Shown piece after piece: positions 1-7,430 of a DNA stretch of 64,000 nt. A program made the translations under genes and the position numbers. How positions within the stretch are numbered: position 1 is the first letter of the stretch; every line of letters starts with the position of its first letter. Below the pieces are notes generated by a model. That model saw only the letters and a program-made list of their open reading frames with translations. It was not told the DNA's origin and ran no database searches. The stretch comes from an uncultured Candidatus Saccharibacteria bacterium. Lineage in GTDB: Bacteria > Patescibacteriota > Minisyncoccia > UBA6257 > 2-01-FULL-56-20. The stretch spans positions 33 to 64,032 of the forward strand of contig CAZHBZ010000003.1 in NCBI GenBank assembly GCA_964530925.1, read 5' to 3'.

Positions 1-133
1 CACAAGCCCAGCGGATTTTTTTATCAAAAAGATATAAAATTAAAGAACGATGCGGAAAGATCTAAAAATCGGAATTGCGATCGAAAAACGCCTAAATAAT
101 TCACTTTTTCCAAGCTTAGGTTATAATTGTTGA

Positions 134-931
134 ATGTCTGCCCGTAAAAACGGCAAGAAAGAAAATTTGATACTGGTGCATTCCTTTCCGACCAACAGCA
201 TTCTTCTGGCCGGCTTAACGGAATACTTGGATGACTTTTTTAATGTGTATTTTATAGATTTGCCGGGATTTACCGGTGAGGTCAGACCATTAAAGAGAGT
301 ATCTCTAAAAAGATATTCCAACTTTCTAAATAGTAAAATAAAAAAATTAAATTTAAATCATTTTGTAATTGGAGGGATCTCTTTTGGCTTTGCAGTTGTT
401 AATGACGTGAATTTGGATAAGAGAAAGTGCCGCGCGATATTTGCCATTGAACCATACATAAACTGCGAGTATTTACATCAAGGTTTTATTCAAAGATTTT
501 TGTATACACACATGCTAGAGGCTTTTGTCCATAAACCTTCGGCGATAGATAGAGTGTGGCACTCTGATTTTTCCAAGCGAGTTTTAGCATTTTTATCTGG
601 CCAGACTGCCGAAAGAATGGATATGATAATGAAGGAAATCGACGGAAGGACTTTTTTTAATACTGCATTATGCATTATTGAGAATAAAAAAGACATAAAA
701 TTTAAGAAAGATATACCTTACGTTTTATTCGTAAACAATAACGATGAAACGGTTGCAGCCGCAAAAATAGTAGCCTTGTTTGAGAAGTCTATTCCGCAAA
801 ATAATCTCTTAGTGATATATACGGATATTGATCATTATCCTAAAGATGTTTCTAAAAAGTATTTTAAGAGCAAATTGTCGGATAAAAAGGTTAAAACCGT
901 TGTTTCATGGCTAAGTCAAAAAATTACTTAG
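134..931 (+). CDS. alpha/beta-hydrolase fold protein
   Basis: LVHSFP, FIDLPGF and GGISFG (GxSxG nucleophile elbow) motifs; late D and H residues; visibly AT-richer than the core genes. Confidence 0.75.
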   Translation: MSARKNGKKENLILVHSFPTNSILLAGLTEYLDDFFNVYFIDLPGFTGEVRPLKRVSLKRYSNFLNSKIKKLNLNHFVIGGISFGFAVVNDVNLDKRKCRAIFAIEPYINCEYLHQGFIQRFLYTHMLEAFVHKPSAIDRVWHSDFSKRVLAFLSGQTAERMDMIMKEIDGRTFFNTALCIIENKKDIKFKKDIPYVLFVNNNDETVAAAKIVALFEKSIPQNNLLVIYTDIDHYPKDVSKKYFKSKLSDKKVKTVVSWLSQKIT

Positions 932-932
932 A

Positions 933-1409
933 ATGAGAGGAATTTGGAAAGAAGGGTCGATTATTGATTTTTGGTCGTTGAATCATTTTTTGTTTGGCGC
1001 GACCCTAGTTTTGGTCTTGCGTAAACTGAAGTTGCATTTTTGGCAGGCTTTTGCTGTTGCGGCGGTAACATTCATTTTCTGGGAAGTATTTGAAGTTATC
1101 CTTAAGGTGGCTGAGACTTCGGTTAATCACTTGATGGATATAGTTGTGGCAATGGCGGGTTTTTTATTGTTTTGGGCGGAGAGGAAACAAAATTACTTTA
1201 AATCGATAATACCGGTTTATGTAATTTTGGAAGTATGGGGTTATTTAACGATGTTTGGTCTGGCAAGCAGCCAATTTATAGAAATTCAATATTTAGTATA
1301 TATAGCTATAGTCGTAGTTTACGGGGTATATTGTTACTTTGTTCAGAATTCAATGCTCGGAAAGCGTACTATCAAGGTTGTTGTGCCTGATATGGGATCC
1401 GATCAGTAA
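933..1409 (+). CDS. multi-pass membrane protein (D-x-WS-x-x-H...WE-x-x-E...N-x-x-x-D family)
   Basis: Hydrophobic 158-aa ORF with DFWSLNHF, FWEVFE and NHLMD motifs; starts 1 nt after the upstream stop. Confidence 0.6.
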   Translation: MRGIWKEGSIIDFWSLNHFLFGATLVLVLRKLKLHFWQAFAVAAVTFIFWEVFEVILKVAETSVNHLMDIVVAMAGFLLFWAERKQNYFKSIIPVYVILEVWGYLTMFGLASSQFIEIQYLVYIAIVVVYGVYCYFVQNSMLGKRTIKVVVPDMGSDQ

Positions 1410-1465
1410 TCGCATAATGTTCGTTTTTTTCAGATTTAATAAATCTCCATTATAAAAATATCCAA

Positions 1466-2326
1466 ATGGTCAAGAAGAAAAAAATCGGAATCGCGCTCGG
1501 CGGGGGAGGAGCGAGAGGTCTTGCCCATATCGGCGTTTTGAGAGCGCTTTCTGAGGCGGGAATAAAACCGGATATTATCGCCGGCACCAGCATGGGTTCG
1601 GTTGTCGGGGGGTGGGTAGCTTGCGGTCATCCGCTCGAGGATCTCGAAGAACTATTTTTAAAATTGGGAGAGAAAGGGACGCTTTCACCAAAAAAAATAA
1701 TGTCCCGCGGCGACGGAGTGCTTTTTAACGATATAGAGATGCAGTCGCAATTGGAAAAAAAACTTGCCCACCGGCAGATAGAAAAATGTGACATAAAATT
1801 TGCGGCAATTGCCACGGATGTTAGTAATGGAGAGGAAACAGTTTTGGATTCCGGGAGCCTTGCTTTGGCGATTAAGGCTTCTAGCTCGCTGCCCTTGGCT
1901 TTCAAGCCGGTAAAGATCGGGGAGAAACTTTTGGTGGACGGCGCGTTTTCAAACCCGGTTCCAGCGGATGTCGTCCGGAGAATGGGCGCGGATGTCGTTA
2001 TCGCCGTAGACGTTTCTTCTCGCTGGGTAAATATTTTTGAACAAGAGGTAAAGCTGACCAATATACGTTTCATGATAGAAAATTCTCTGCAGGTCGCGGA
2101 ATATCAGTTGGCAAAGGAACACGTGAAAGGCGCAAACGTGGTTTTGAAGCCCGCGGTGACCCATCACAGTTGGCTGGATTTCGGCCAGACCTCGGACATT
2201 ATCGCCGAAGGCTATAAAGAAGCGCGCTCCAATTTAAAAGATATCGCGAAAGTGGCGCATGCCAAATTACCGGAGAAATCTCCGTTCGAGAGATTTATGG
2301 ATTTTATTTTATATCAGAAGGACTAG
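1466..2326 (+). CDS. patatin-like phospholipase (RssA/NTE family)
   Basis: GGGGARG oxyanion loop, GTSMG nucleophile, DGA motif. Confidence 0.9.
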   Translation: MVKKKKIGIALGGGGARGLAHIGVLRALSEAGIKPDIIAGTSMGSVVGGWVACGHPLEDLEELFLKLGEKGTLSPKKIMSRGDGVLFNDIEMQSQLEKKLAHRQIEKCDIKFAAIATDVSNGEETVLDSGSLALAIKASSSLPLAFKPVKIGEKLLVDGAFSNPVPADVVRRMGADVVIAVDVSSRWVNIFEQEVKLTNIRFMIENSLQVAEYQLAKEHVKGANVVLKPAVTHHSWLDFGQTSDIIAEGYKEARSNLKDIAKVAHAKLPEKSPFERFMDFILYQKD

Positions 2327-2340
2327 GGATTCGATTTCTG

Positions 2341-2386
2341 GTCATTCCGAGCTTTGCGCGCTCGCCTGCCGGTAGGCAGGGAATCT
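2341..2386. repeat. nested REP-like palindromes (GTCATTCC...GGAATC enclosing CCTGCC-GGTA-GGCAGG)
   Basis: Inverted arms read directly from the sequence downstream of the patatin gene. Confidence 0.5.
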
Positions 2387-2427
2387 GTGCCGTATTCTGC
2401 GGTTTAATTCGGGCTATTCCCCAACAC

Positions 2428-2455
2428 TTGACTTTTTATGTGTAGGTGTTATACT
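2428..2455 (+). promoter_or_regulatory. sigma70-type promoter for the large ncRNA
   Basis: TTGACT (2428-2433), 16-nt spacer containing the TG extension, TATACT (2450-2455). Confidence 0.7.
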
Positions 2456-2461
2456 CCCGAC

Positions 2462-2981
2462 AATGGTTTGCGGAGCCTGTTGCGGCGTTGAAACAAGCCA
2501 GAGTAGGAGGACGCTCCGCGAAGCGGGGTCTCTGCCCGAAAAGCTTCTCACCGGCTAGCCAAGGTGAGGGAGGCGTGACCTGCGTGCCCCTGCAAAGGTC
2601 ACACCGTGTCTCCGGTTAAAGTTTCAGCGGGCTAAATGAAGGGACGACGGTTTGTGCCCCTGCTGCCGTCAGCTCCCGGGTTGATAGTAAAAGATTTCAG
2701 CGGGCGAAGGGTGTGCGTGGGGTTGGCGCAAAGTCGCCCCACGCGCACCCGTTCTTTCAAAAATTTCGGCGGAAAGGGTTAAACCTTCATGAGCATGGCT
2801 CTCCTTTGCGAGAGCCGGGCCAATTAAACTTCGCCCCGCCCGCCGTTGGGTCGCAGTCTTGCGAGATGTCTCTCGCTTGCCCGAGTGGGGGGACGCCTCT
2901 CTCTGCCAAATGCTGCGTTTGTAGCTCGCCCCTTCGGCCCCGAGTCATTCGGGAACCAGCCGGAGGGGCTTTTTCTTTTTT
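2462..2981 (+). ncRNA. candidate ~520-nt structured ncRNA or leader RNA of unknown family
   Basis: GC-rich, no credible ORF, bounded by a promoter and a terminator; many hairpins; repeated GTGCCCCTGC and TTTCAGCGGGC motifs. Confidence 0.7.
2928..2981 (+). terminator. intrinsic terminator ending the ncRNA, about 25 nt before uvrC
   Basis: GCCCCTTCGGC (2928-2938) pairs with GCCGGAGGGGC (2959-2969), followed by TTTTTCTTTTTT. Confidence 0.75.
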
Positions 2982-3005
2982 GTGGAAGTTATTAACATTT
3001 AGCAA

Positions 3006-4268
3006 ATGGATCAAAAGAAGTTATATCAAAATCTTCCCGACACCCCCGGGGTATACCTCATGAAGAATTTCAAGGAGGATGTCATTTATGTCGGCAAAGC
3101 GGCGAATTTAAAGCGCCGGGTTTCGAGTTACTTTAATCGTCCTCACGAACACCGTATTCAAAAAATGGTTGGAGAGATACGTGACATCGAAACGAGAAAT
3201 ACAGACACAGCTATAGAGGCATTGATACTTGAGGCGGAACTCATCAAAAAAATCCAACCGCCATATAACGTTCTAGAAAAAGACGATAAGAGTTTTTTGT
3301 ACGTGGAAATCACCAAAGAAAAATTTCCGCGGGTGCTTTTGGTGCGAGGCAAGGATCTTTTGTCGCGACCCTACTTGGCTAAAGCTACGAAGAGCAAGGG
3401 AAGAAAACCCAGCGCCGCTTACGGTCCGTTTACTTCCGCCTCTTCGCTCAAAGAAGCGATGCGAATTTTGCGAAAGATATTTCCGTGGTCCCTACATAGT
3501 GACCCGAATGACCCGAAAGGCATTCGAATAACACAAAAAAAAGCGCGTCCGTGTTTCGATTACGAGATCGGTCTCTGCCCTGGAACTTGCGTCGGAGCGA
3601 TTACAAGCGCGGATTATAAGAAGCGAATCGAAAAGCTGAAGATGTTTTTTGCCGGGAAAAAAGTAAAGCTCATTAAAGATCTGGAAAAAGAAATGGCATT
3701 CGCCAGCAAAAAACTGGAGTTTGAAGAAGCGCAAAGATTGAGGCGGCAAATATTCGCTCTGCAACACATCCAGGACGTCGCCCTTATCAAAGACGACTCA
3801 CTATCTACTAATAACTATCTACCATCTACTGTTCGTATCGAGGGTTACGACATCTCGAATCTCTCGGGAGAATCCGCCGTCGGTTCAATGGTGGTTTTCG
3901 TGGGGGGCGAACCTGATAAGAAAGAATATCGGAAATTTAAGATACAGAATTTTTCCGAACCCAACGATGTTGGGATGATGAAGGAAATTATCCGCAGGCG
4001 TCTCGGGAATTCGTGGCCTTTGCCGGAGCTTATCCTCGTCGATGGCGGGGCGGGGCAAATCAACGCGATAAAAAAAGTTTTGGATGAGAACGGCCTCAGG
4101 ATTCATGTGCTTGGCATGGTTAAGGGGCCGGACAGGAAGCGGACGGATATTATCGGTATTATCCCCAAAGGGATAAATAAGGACACGCTTATAAGGGTGC
4201 GCGACGAAGCTCACCGTTTTGCCATTACTTATCACAAGCAGGTGAGGGCCAATAGATTTTTTAAATAA
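3006..4268 (+). CDS. uvrC: excinuclease ABC subunit C, lacking the C-terminal HhH2 domain
   Basis: GIY-YIG domain (PGVYLM, IYVGKAANL), Cys cluster, UVR motif (FEEAQRLR), RNase H-like domain (IEGYDISN, LVDGG, RDEAHRFA). Confidence 0.92.
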   Translation: MDQKKLYQNLPDTPGVYLMKNFKEDVIYVGKAANLKRRVSSYFNRPHEHRIQKMVGEIRDIETRNTDTAIEALILEAELIKKIQPPYNVLEKDDKSFLYVEITKEKFPRVLLVRGKDLLSRPYLAKATKSKGRKPSAAYGPFTSASSLKEAMRILRKIFPWSLHSDPNDPKGIRITQKKARPCFDYEIGLCPGTCVGAITSADYKKRIEKLKMFFAGKKVKLIKDLEKEMAFASKKLEFEEAQRLRRQIFALQHIQDVALIKDDSLSTNNYLPSTVRIEGYDISNLSGESAVGSMVVFVGGEPDKKEYRKFKIQNFSEPNDVGMMKEIIRRRLGNSWPLPELILVDGGAGQINAIKKVLDENGLRIHVLGMVKGPDRKRTDIIGIIPKGINKDTLIRVRDEAHRFAITYHKQVRANRFFK

Positions 4269-4289
4269 TCCCGATTTGGATTGTTCTTA

Positions 4290-4325
4290 AATCACCCTTT
4301 TGCCAAGCTTGGCAAAAGGGTGATT
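4290..4325. repeat. perfect 36-bp palindrome
   Basis: AATCACCCTTTTGCCAAG|CTTGGCAAAAGGGTGATT with no loop. Confidence 0.9.
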
Positions 4326-4414
4326 GATAAGAATTTTCGGAGATTTTTTCGGGAGAACAAAAAACCCGCCAGTCCTCCACTCAAATAAACAAGGTGGACC
4401 GGCGGGACAAATGA

Positions 4415-5194
4415 CTACTTCACTGTCATCTTTCCGGTCATATCCGGATGGATATCGCAGTAGAAGTTATAAACTCCGGTCTTCATCGAGGATGTGTCAA
4501 GAATGTAGGATTCTCCGGGATTAAGCGGAATGGAATTCAAAACAGCGGTTACCGCGAGATGATGCTGAATAGAATCATTGTTGGTGAAAGTGACTTTCTG
4601 TCCTTTGGTTACGGAGAAATTATTCGGCGCGAAAGCGGAATTTTGCATTAAGACCGTTGTTATGGTTTCCGGCGTGCCAGGGCGGACAAGAGTTATGATA
4701 CCGCTATCGGTAACCGGCAAATTGTTTCCGGAAAACGCCAAACGAATCTTATATTCGCCAGGCGTCACGCTTATCCGCGAAGCATTGGTCGCGGAAATGG
4801 AAATATAGGTAGTGTCCCAGCTGTAAGAGGTTTGGTCGGGCCCAAAAGTTGGCAAGATTACACCCAGGCTTTGTCCGCTCGCGGACATTAAATAGATTAC
4901 TCCGGTAACTCCCGCGGCGCGGCTCCAGGAGATGGTATTTAATTTGCCGATTTCCCATTTGGCGCCGGCAAGAGGCGCGGTGACGCTTATGGCAGATTTA
5001 ACGATGGGGGTGGGGGATTTTCCAGTGGTGTTACCGGTTCCTCCGGTTGGCGCGGTTTGTTCGCCATTCTGGGTCCCGGTGGCCGCGCCAGGAACCTCTC
5101 CGGTTGGAGCTGCTGTTTTCGACCAATTGAGTACAAGCGCGGCGATGACGACTAGCGCCACTACGCCGACAGCGATCAATATTTTTTGTTTCAT
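4415..5194 (-). CDS. membrane-anchored protein with an Ig-like domain and a C-terminal cupredoxin domain
   Basis: N-terminal TM helix; C-terminal VTFTNND...H...YCDIHPDMTG type-1 copper ligand set. Confidence 0.8.
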   Translation of the reverse strand: MKQKILIAVGVVALVVIAALVLNWSKTAAPTGEVPGAATGTQNGEQTAPTGGTGNTTGKSPTPIVKSAISVTAPLAGAKWEIGKLNTISWSRAAGVTGVIYLMSASGQSLGVILPTFGPDQTSYSWDTTYISISATNASRISVTPGEYKIRLAFSGNNLPVTDSGIITLVRPGTPETITTVLMQNSAFAPNNFSVTKGQKVTFTNNDSIQHHLAVTAVLNSIPLNPGESYILDTSSMKTGVYNFYCDIHPDMTGKMTVK

Positions 5195-5309
5195 CCCGTT
5201 AGAAGCAGATCGCGATCAGGTCGATCTGCATTTTTGTTTATTTAATCGACTTAATTTTTATTTTTTATTATATCCTCGGAGAAGTCGTGATCGCGGCTTC
5301 TAACGGGAT
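5193..5309. repeat. MITE-like element with ATCCCGTTAGAAGC / GCTTCTAACGGGAT inverted ends
   Basis: Perfect 14-bp inverted repeats at 5193-5206 and 5296-5309. Confidence 0.7.
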
Positions 5310-5361
5310 TTACATCTAAAGTATACCAAACGGCTAACGTGAGAAATGTTATAATTCAAAT

Positions 5362-5886
5362 ATGGAACAAATAAACGCAACCGACAATAAATCATTAAAA
5401 AAGGCCTCGCCCAAAGACTTTTTCCTGCATCTTTTTACGATGGGTCTTTTGTATTACTCAGCCGTAAGTTTCCTTGTGCTGATCTTTCAGCTGGTAGATA
5501 AATATTTTCCGGAAACCTTAAATACCTACGGAGGGTATTCTCCGGTGAGTTACGCCGATTCCGCAATCCGGTTTGCCATCTCGAGTTTGGTGGTGCTTTT
5601 CCCGTTATTTCTTTATCTTAATAACTATCTTCACAAGCAGTACGAAAAAGATTCGGATAAAAAGCACCTACGAATTCGTAAATGGCTTGTATACCTTACG
5701 CTCTTTGTTTCCGCTATCACTTTGGCTGGAGATTTGATAGCGACGATAAATAAATTTTTGGATGGTTTCCCGCCGATATCCTTTATCTTGAAAGCGATTT
5801 CGATATTTGTCGTGGCCGGAGGCGTTTTCTATTATTACCTTGTCGATATAAGGGCCGCGGAGACGCAGGAAGAAACACACGTCTAA
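5362..5886 (+). CDS. DUF5671-like membrane protein
   Basis: PKDFFLHL...IRKWLVYLTLF...GDLI pattern; four TM helices. Confidence 0.7.
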   Translation: MEQINATDNKSLKKASPKDFFLHLFTMGLLYYSAVSFLVLIFQLVDKYFPETLNTYGGYSPVSYADSAIRFAISSLVVLFPLFLYLNNYLHKQYEKDSDKKHLRIRKWLVYLTLFVSAITLAGDLIATINKFLDGFPPISFILKAISIFVVAGGVFYYYLVDIRAAETQEETHV

Positions 5887-5893
5887 GCCTAAA

Positions 5894-6349
5894 ATGAAGA
5901 TACTTGGATATTTTTTTGTGGGATTAGTTGTTGTCGCCATAGCTTTCGGTCTTTGGAGCATCGGCGGTCCGGGAGCTGCCAAGATGCAGAGGCTGGATAA
6001 CCAAAGAATAAGCGACCTAGAGAGCCTTCAATACCAGATAATTTATTATTGGCAGGGGAAGCAAACGCTACCCATAGCTCTTTCGGATTTGATTGACACG
6101 ACTCGCGGAGTTTACGTCCCGGTAGATCCGGAAACTGGCGCGGCGTATTCGTATAAGACGATGGGGGAGTTGAGTTTCGAGCTTTGCGCGAATTTCGCGA
6201 AAGAGTATAGAGTGTCTACTGTTTCGCCCGCTTTGCCATATGAAACGAAACCAACCGGATTTATGACCGGTTCATGGGATCATCCCGCGGGGGAGTATTG
6301 CTTCACGCGAACTATCGACAAAGATTTCTATAAACCGCTAGATAAATAA
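5894..6349 (+). CDS. membrane-anchored pseudopilin-like hypothetical protein
   Basis: N-terminal TM helix; RISDL...LP..L..L...DPETG...YSY...FELCANF...WDHPAGEYCF pattern. Confidence 0.6.
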   Translation: MKILGYFFVGLVVVAIAFGLWSIGGPGAAKMQRLDNQRISDLESLQYQIIYYWQGKQTLPIALSDLIDTTRGVYVPVDPETGAAYSYKTMGELSFELCANFAKEYRVSTVSPALPYETKPTGFMTGSWDHPAGEYCFTRTIDKDFYKPLDK

Positions 6350-6396
6350 TTTTTATTTAAAACCCCCAAACCTTTTGGGTTCAGGGGTGTGACGGT

Positions 6397-6648
6397 TCAA
6401 CTCTTTTGCTTGAGGAGGCTGCGGGCTTTTACGTCGCGGATGATCGCGTTTCCCGCGCTCTTCATGATTTTCGGCGCGTCTTTGCCGAAGTTCTCGGCGA
6501 AGGTCGCGGCATCCAGAAGGGCCGAAACGAACGCTACTTCGTTGTGATTTTCGGCTTCTTTGAAACCGATATCCGAAAAGGCCTTAAGGTCTTTTCGTTT
6601 GAGCGTCGCGAAGATTCTTGCGAGCTCCCGGACTGTTTTTGTGTCCAT
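6397..6648 (-). CDS. hypothetical protein
   Basis: 83-aa ORF starting 9 nt after the upstream ORF; AAGGTG upstream; hairpin downstream. Confidence 0.55.
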   Translation of the reverse strand: MDTKTVRELARIFATLKRKDLKAFSDIGFKEAENHNEVAFVSALLDAATFAENFGKDAPKIMKSAGNAIIRDVKARSLLKQKS

Positions 6649-6657
6649 CTTTTCACC

Positions 6658-7014
6658 TTACGGAAGCATGTCCCGCATGATTGATTTTCCGATGGAATTC
6701 TCGGTGTAGGGATTGAAGCGAATGATCTTGACCAGGATGGCGTCGCGCACGAGGCTTACGACCCTTGTCTTGCTGTGCCGTTCCTCGCTGGCTCTGAGGA
6801 ACCAGAAGAGCTTTTCCCGAATCTCCCGCCGAAGCGGTTCCATGCTCGCCTGGTCGAAGAGGGACACGAGGGTTTCCTTGTCGAGCGGACCATCACAGTT
6901 TAGTTCCGCGTCGAGAAAGTTCAGCAGAGCGTCGGTCTTCTTGGGTGATAGCGCGGGCAGGATGGAAAGCAATCCATCTCGTTCCCTCAGCCGGAAGGTC
7001 TTACGTTTGTTCAC
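6658..7014 (-). CDS. hypothetical protein
   Basis: 118-aa ORF with GTG start and an AAAGGAG SD. Confidence 0.55.
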   Translation of the reverse strand: MNKRKTFRLRERDGLLSILPALSPKKTDALLNFLDAELNCDGPLDKETLVSLFDQASMEPLRREIREKLFWFLRASEERHSKTRVVSLVRDAILVKIIRFNPYTENSIGKSIMRDMLP

Positions 7015-7071
7015 ATTTTCTCCTTTCTAGTTATTGGATAGCTGCCGCAATATTACTTTTTTTCTTTGGTA

Positions 7072-7100
7072 TTGTCAACCGAATATTTTTAATGTATAAT
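7072..7100 (+). promoter_or_regulatory. sigma70 promoter upstream of the duplicated typA start
   Basis: TTGTCA-17-TATAAT. Confidence 0.7.
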
Positions 7101-7139
7101 TCCCTAACGTAATAACCGGCCGGAAGCCATTTTTTGATT

Positions 7140-7403
7140 ATGGACCCTAAAAATATTAGAAATATCGCAATAATCGCGCAGGTTGACGTCGCTTCGCTCC
7201 CTCACAACCTCTCGGTTAGACAGCAAGCTGTCAATCGGTTCGCTCGGATAAAATATCTAATACCTATTTTCTCCTCGCTGCCAATTGAGAGCGAGTTTCC
7301 TACACGGCCACCGTCCGCTCTTGCGGACGGATTATATAGCTTCTGCCCGCTTTGGCGGGCTCCCGTTTCCCCGACCCCCTTCCCGTCAACGTGCTCGGTT
7401 TAA
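7140..7403 (+). other. leader ORF or displaced 5' fragment of typA (MDPKNIRNIAIIAQVD plus an unrelated tail)
   Basis: First 16 codons match the TypA N-terminus at 15/16 aa and 40/48 nt. Confidence 0.75.
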
Positions 7404-7430
7404 CAAAATAATTGAGATTTATATAAATTT

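Noticed and set aside
2462-2981. RNase P RNA, tmRNA or CRISPR array as the identity of the large RNA
   Set aside because: No GAGGAAAGTCC or CGGCTTA signatures and no tRNA-like CCA end on either strand; the repeats are only 10-11 nt with structured spacers, and no cas genes are present.
2713-3063. ORFs 2713-3063 (+) and 2787-3014 (-)
   Set aside because: They cross strong hairpins and a terminator, overlap uvrC and have no protein-like features.
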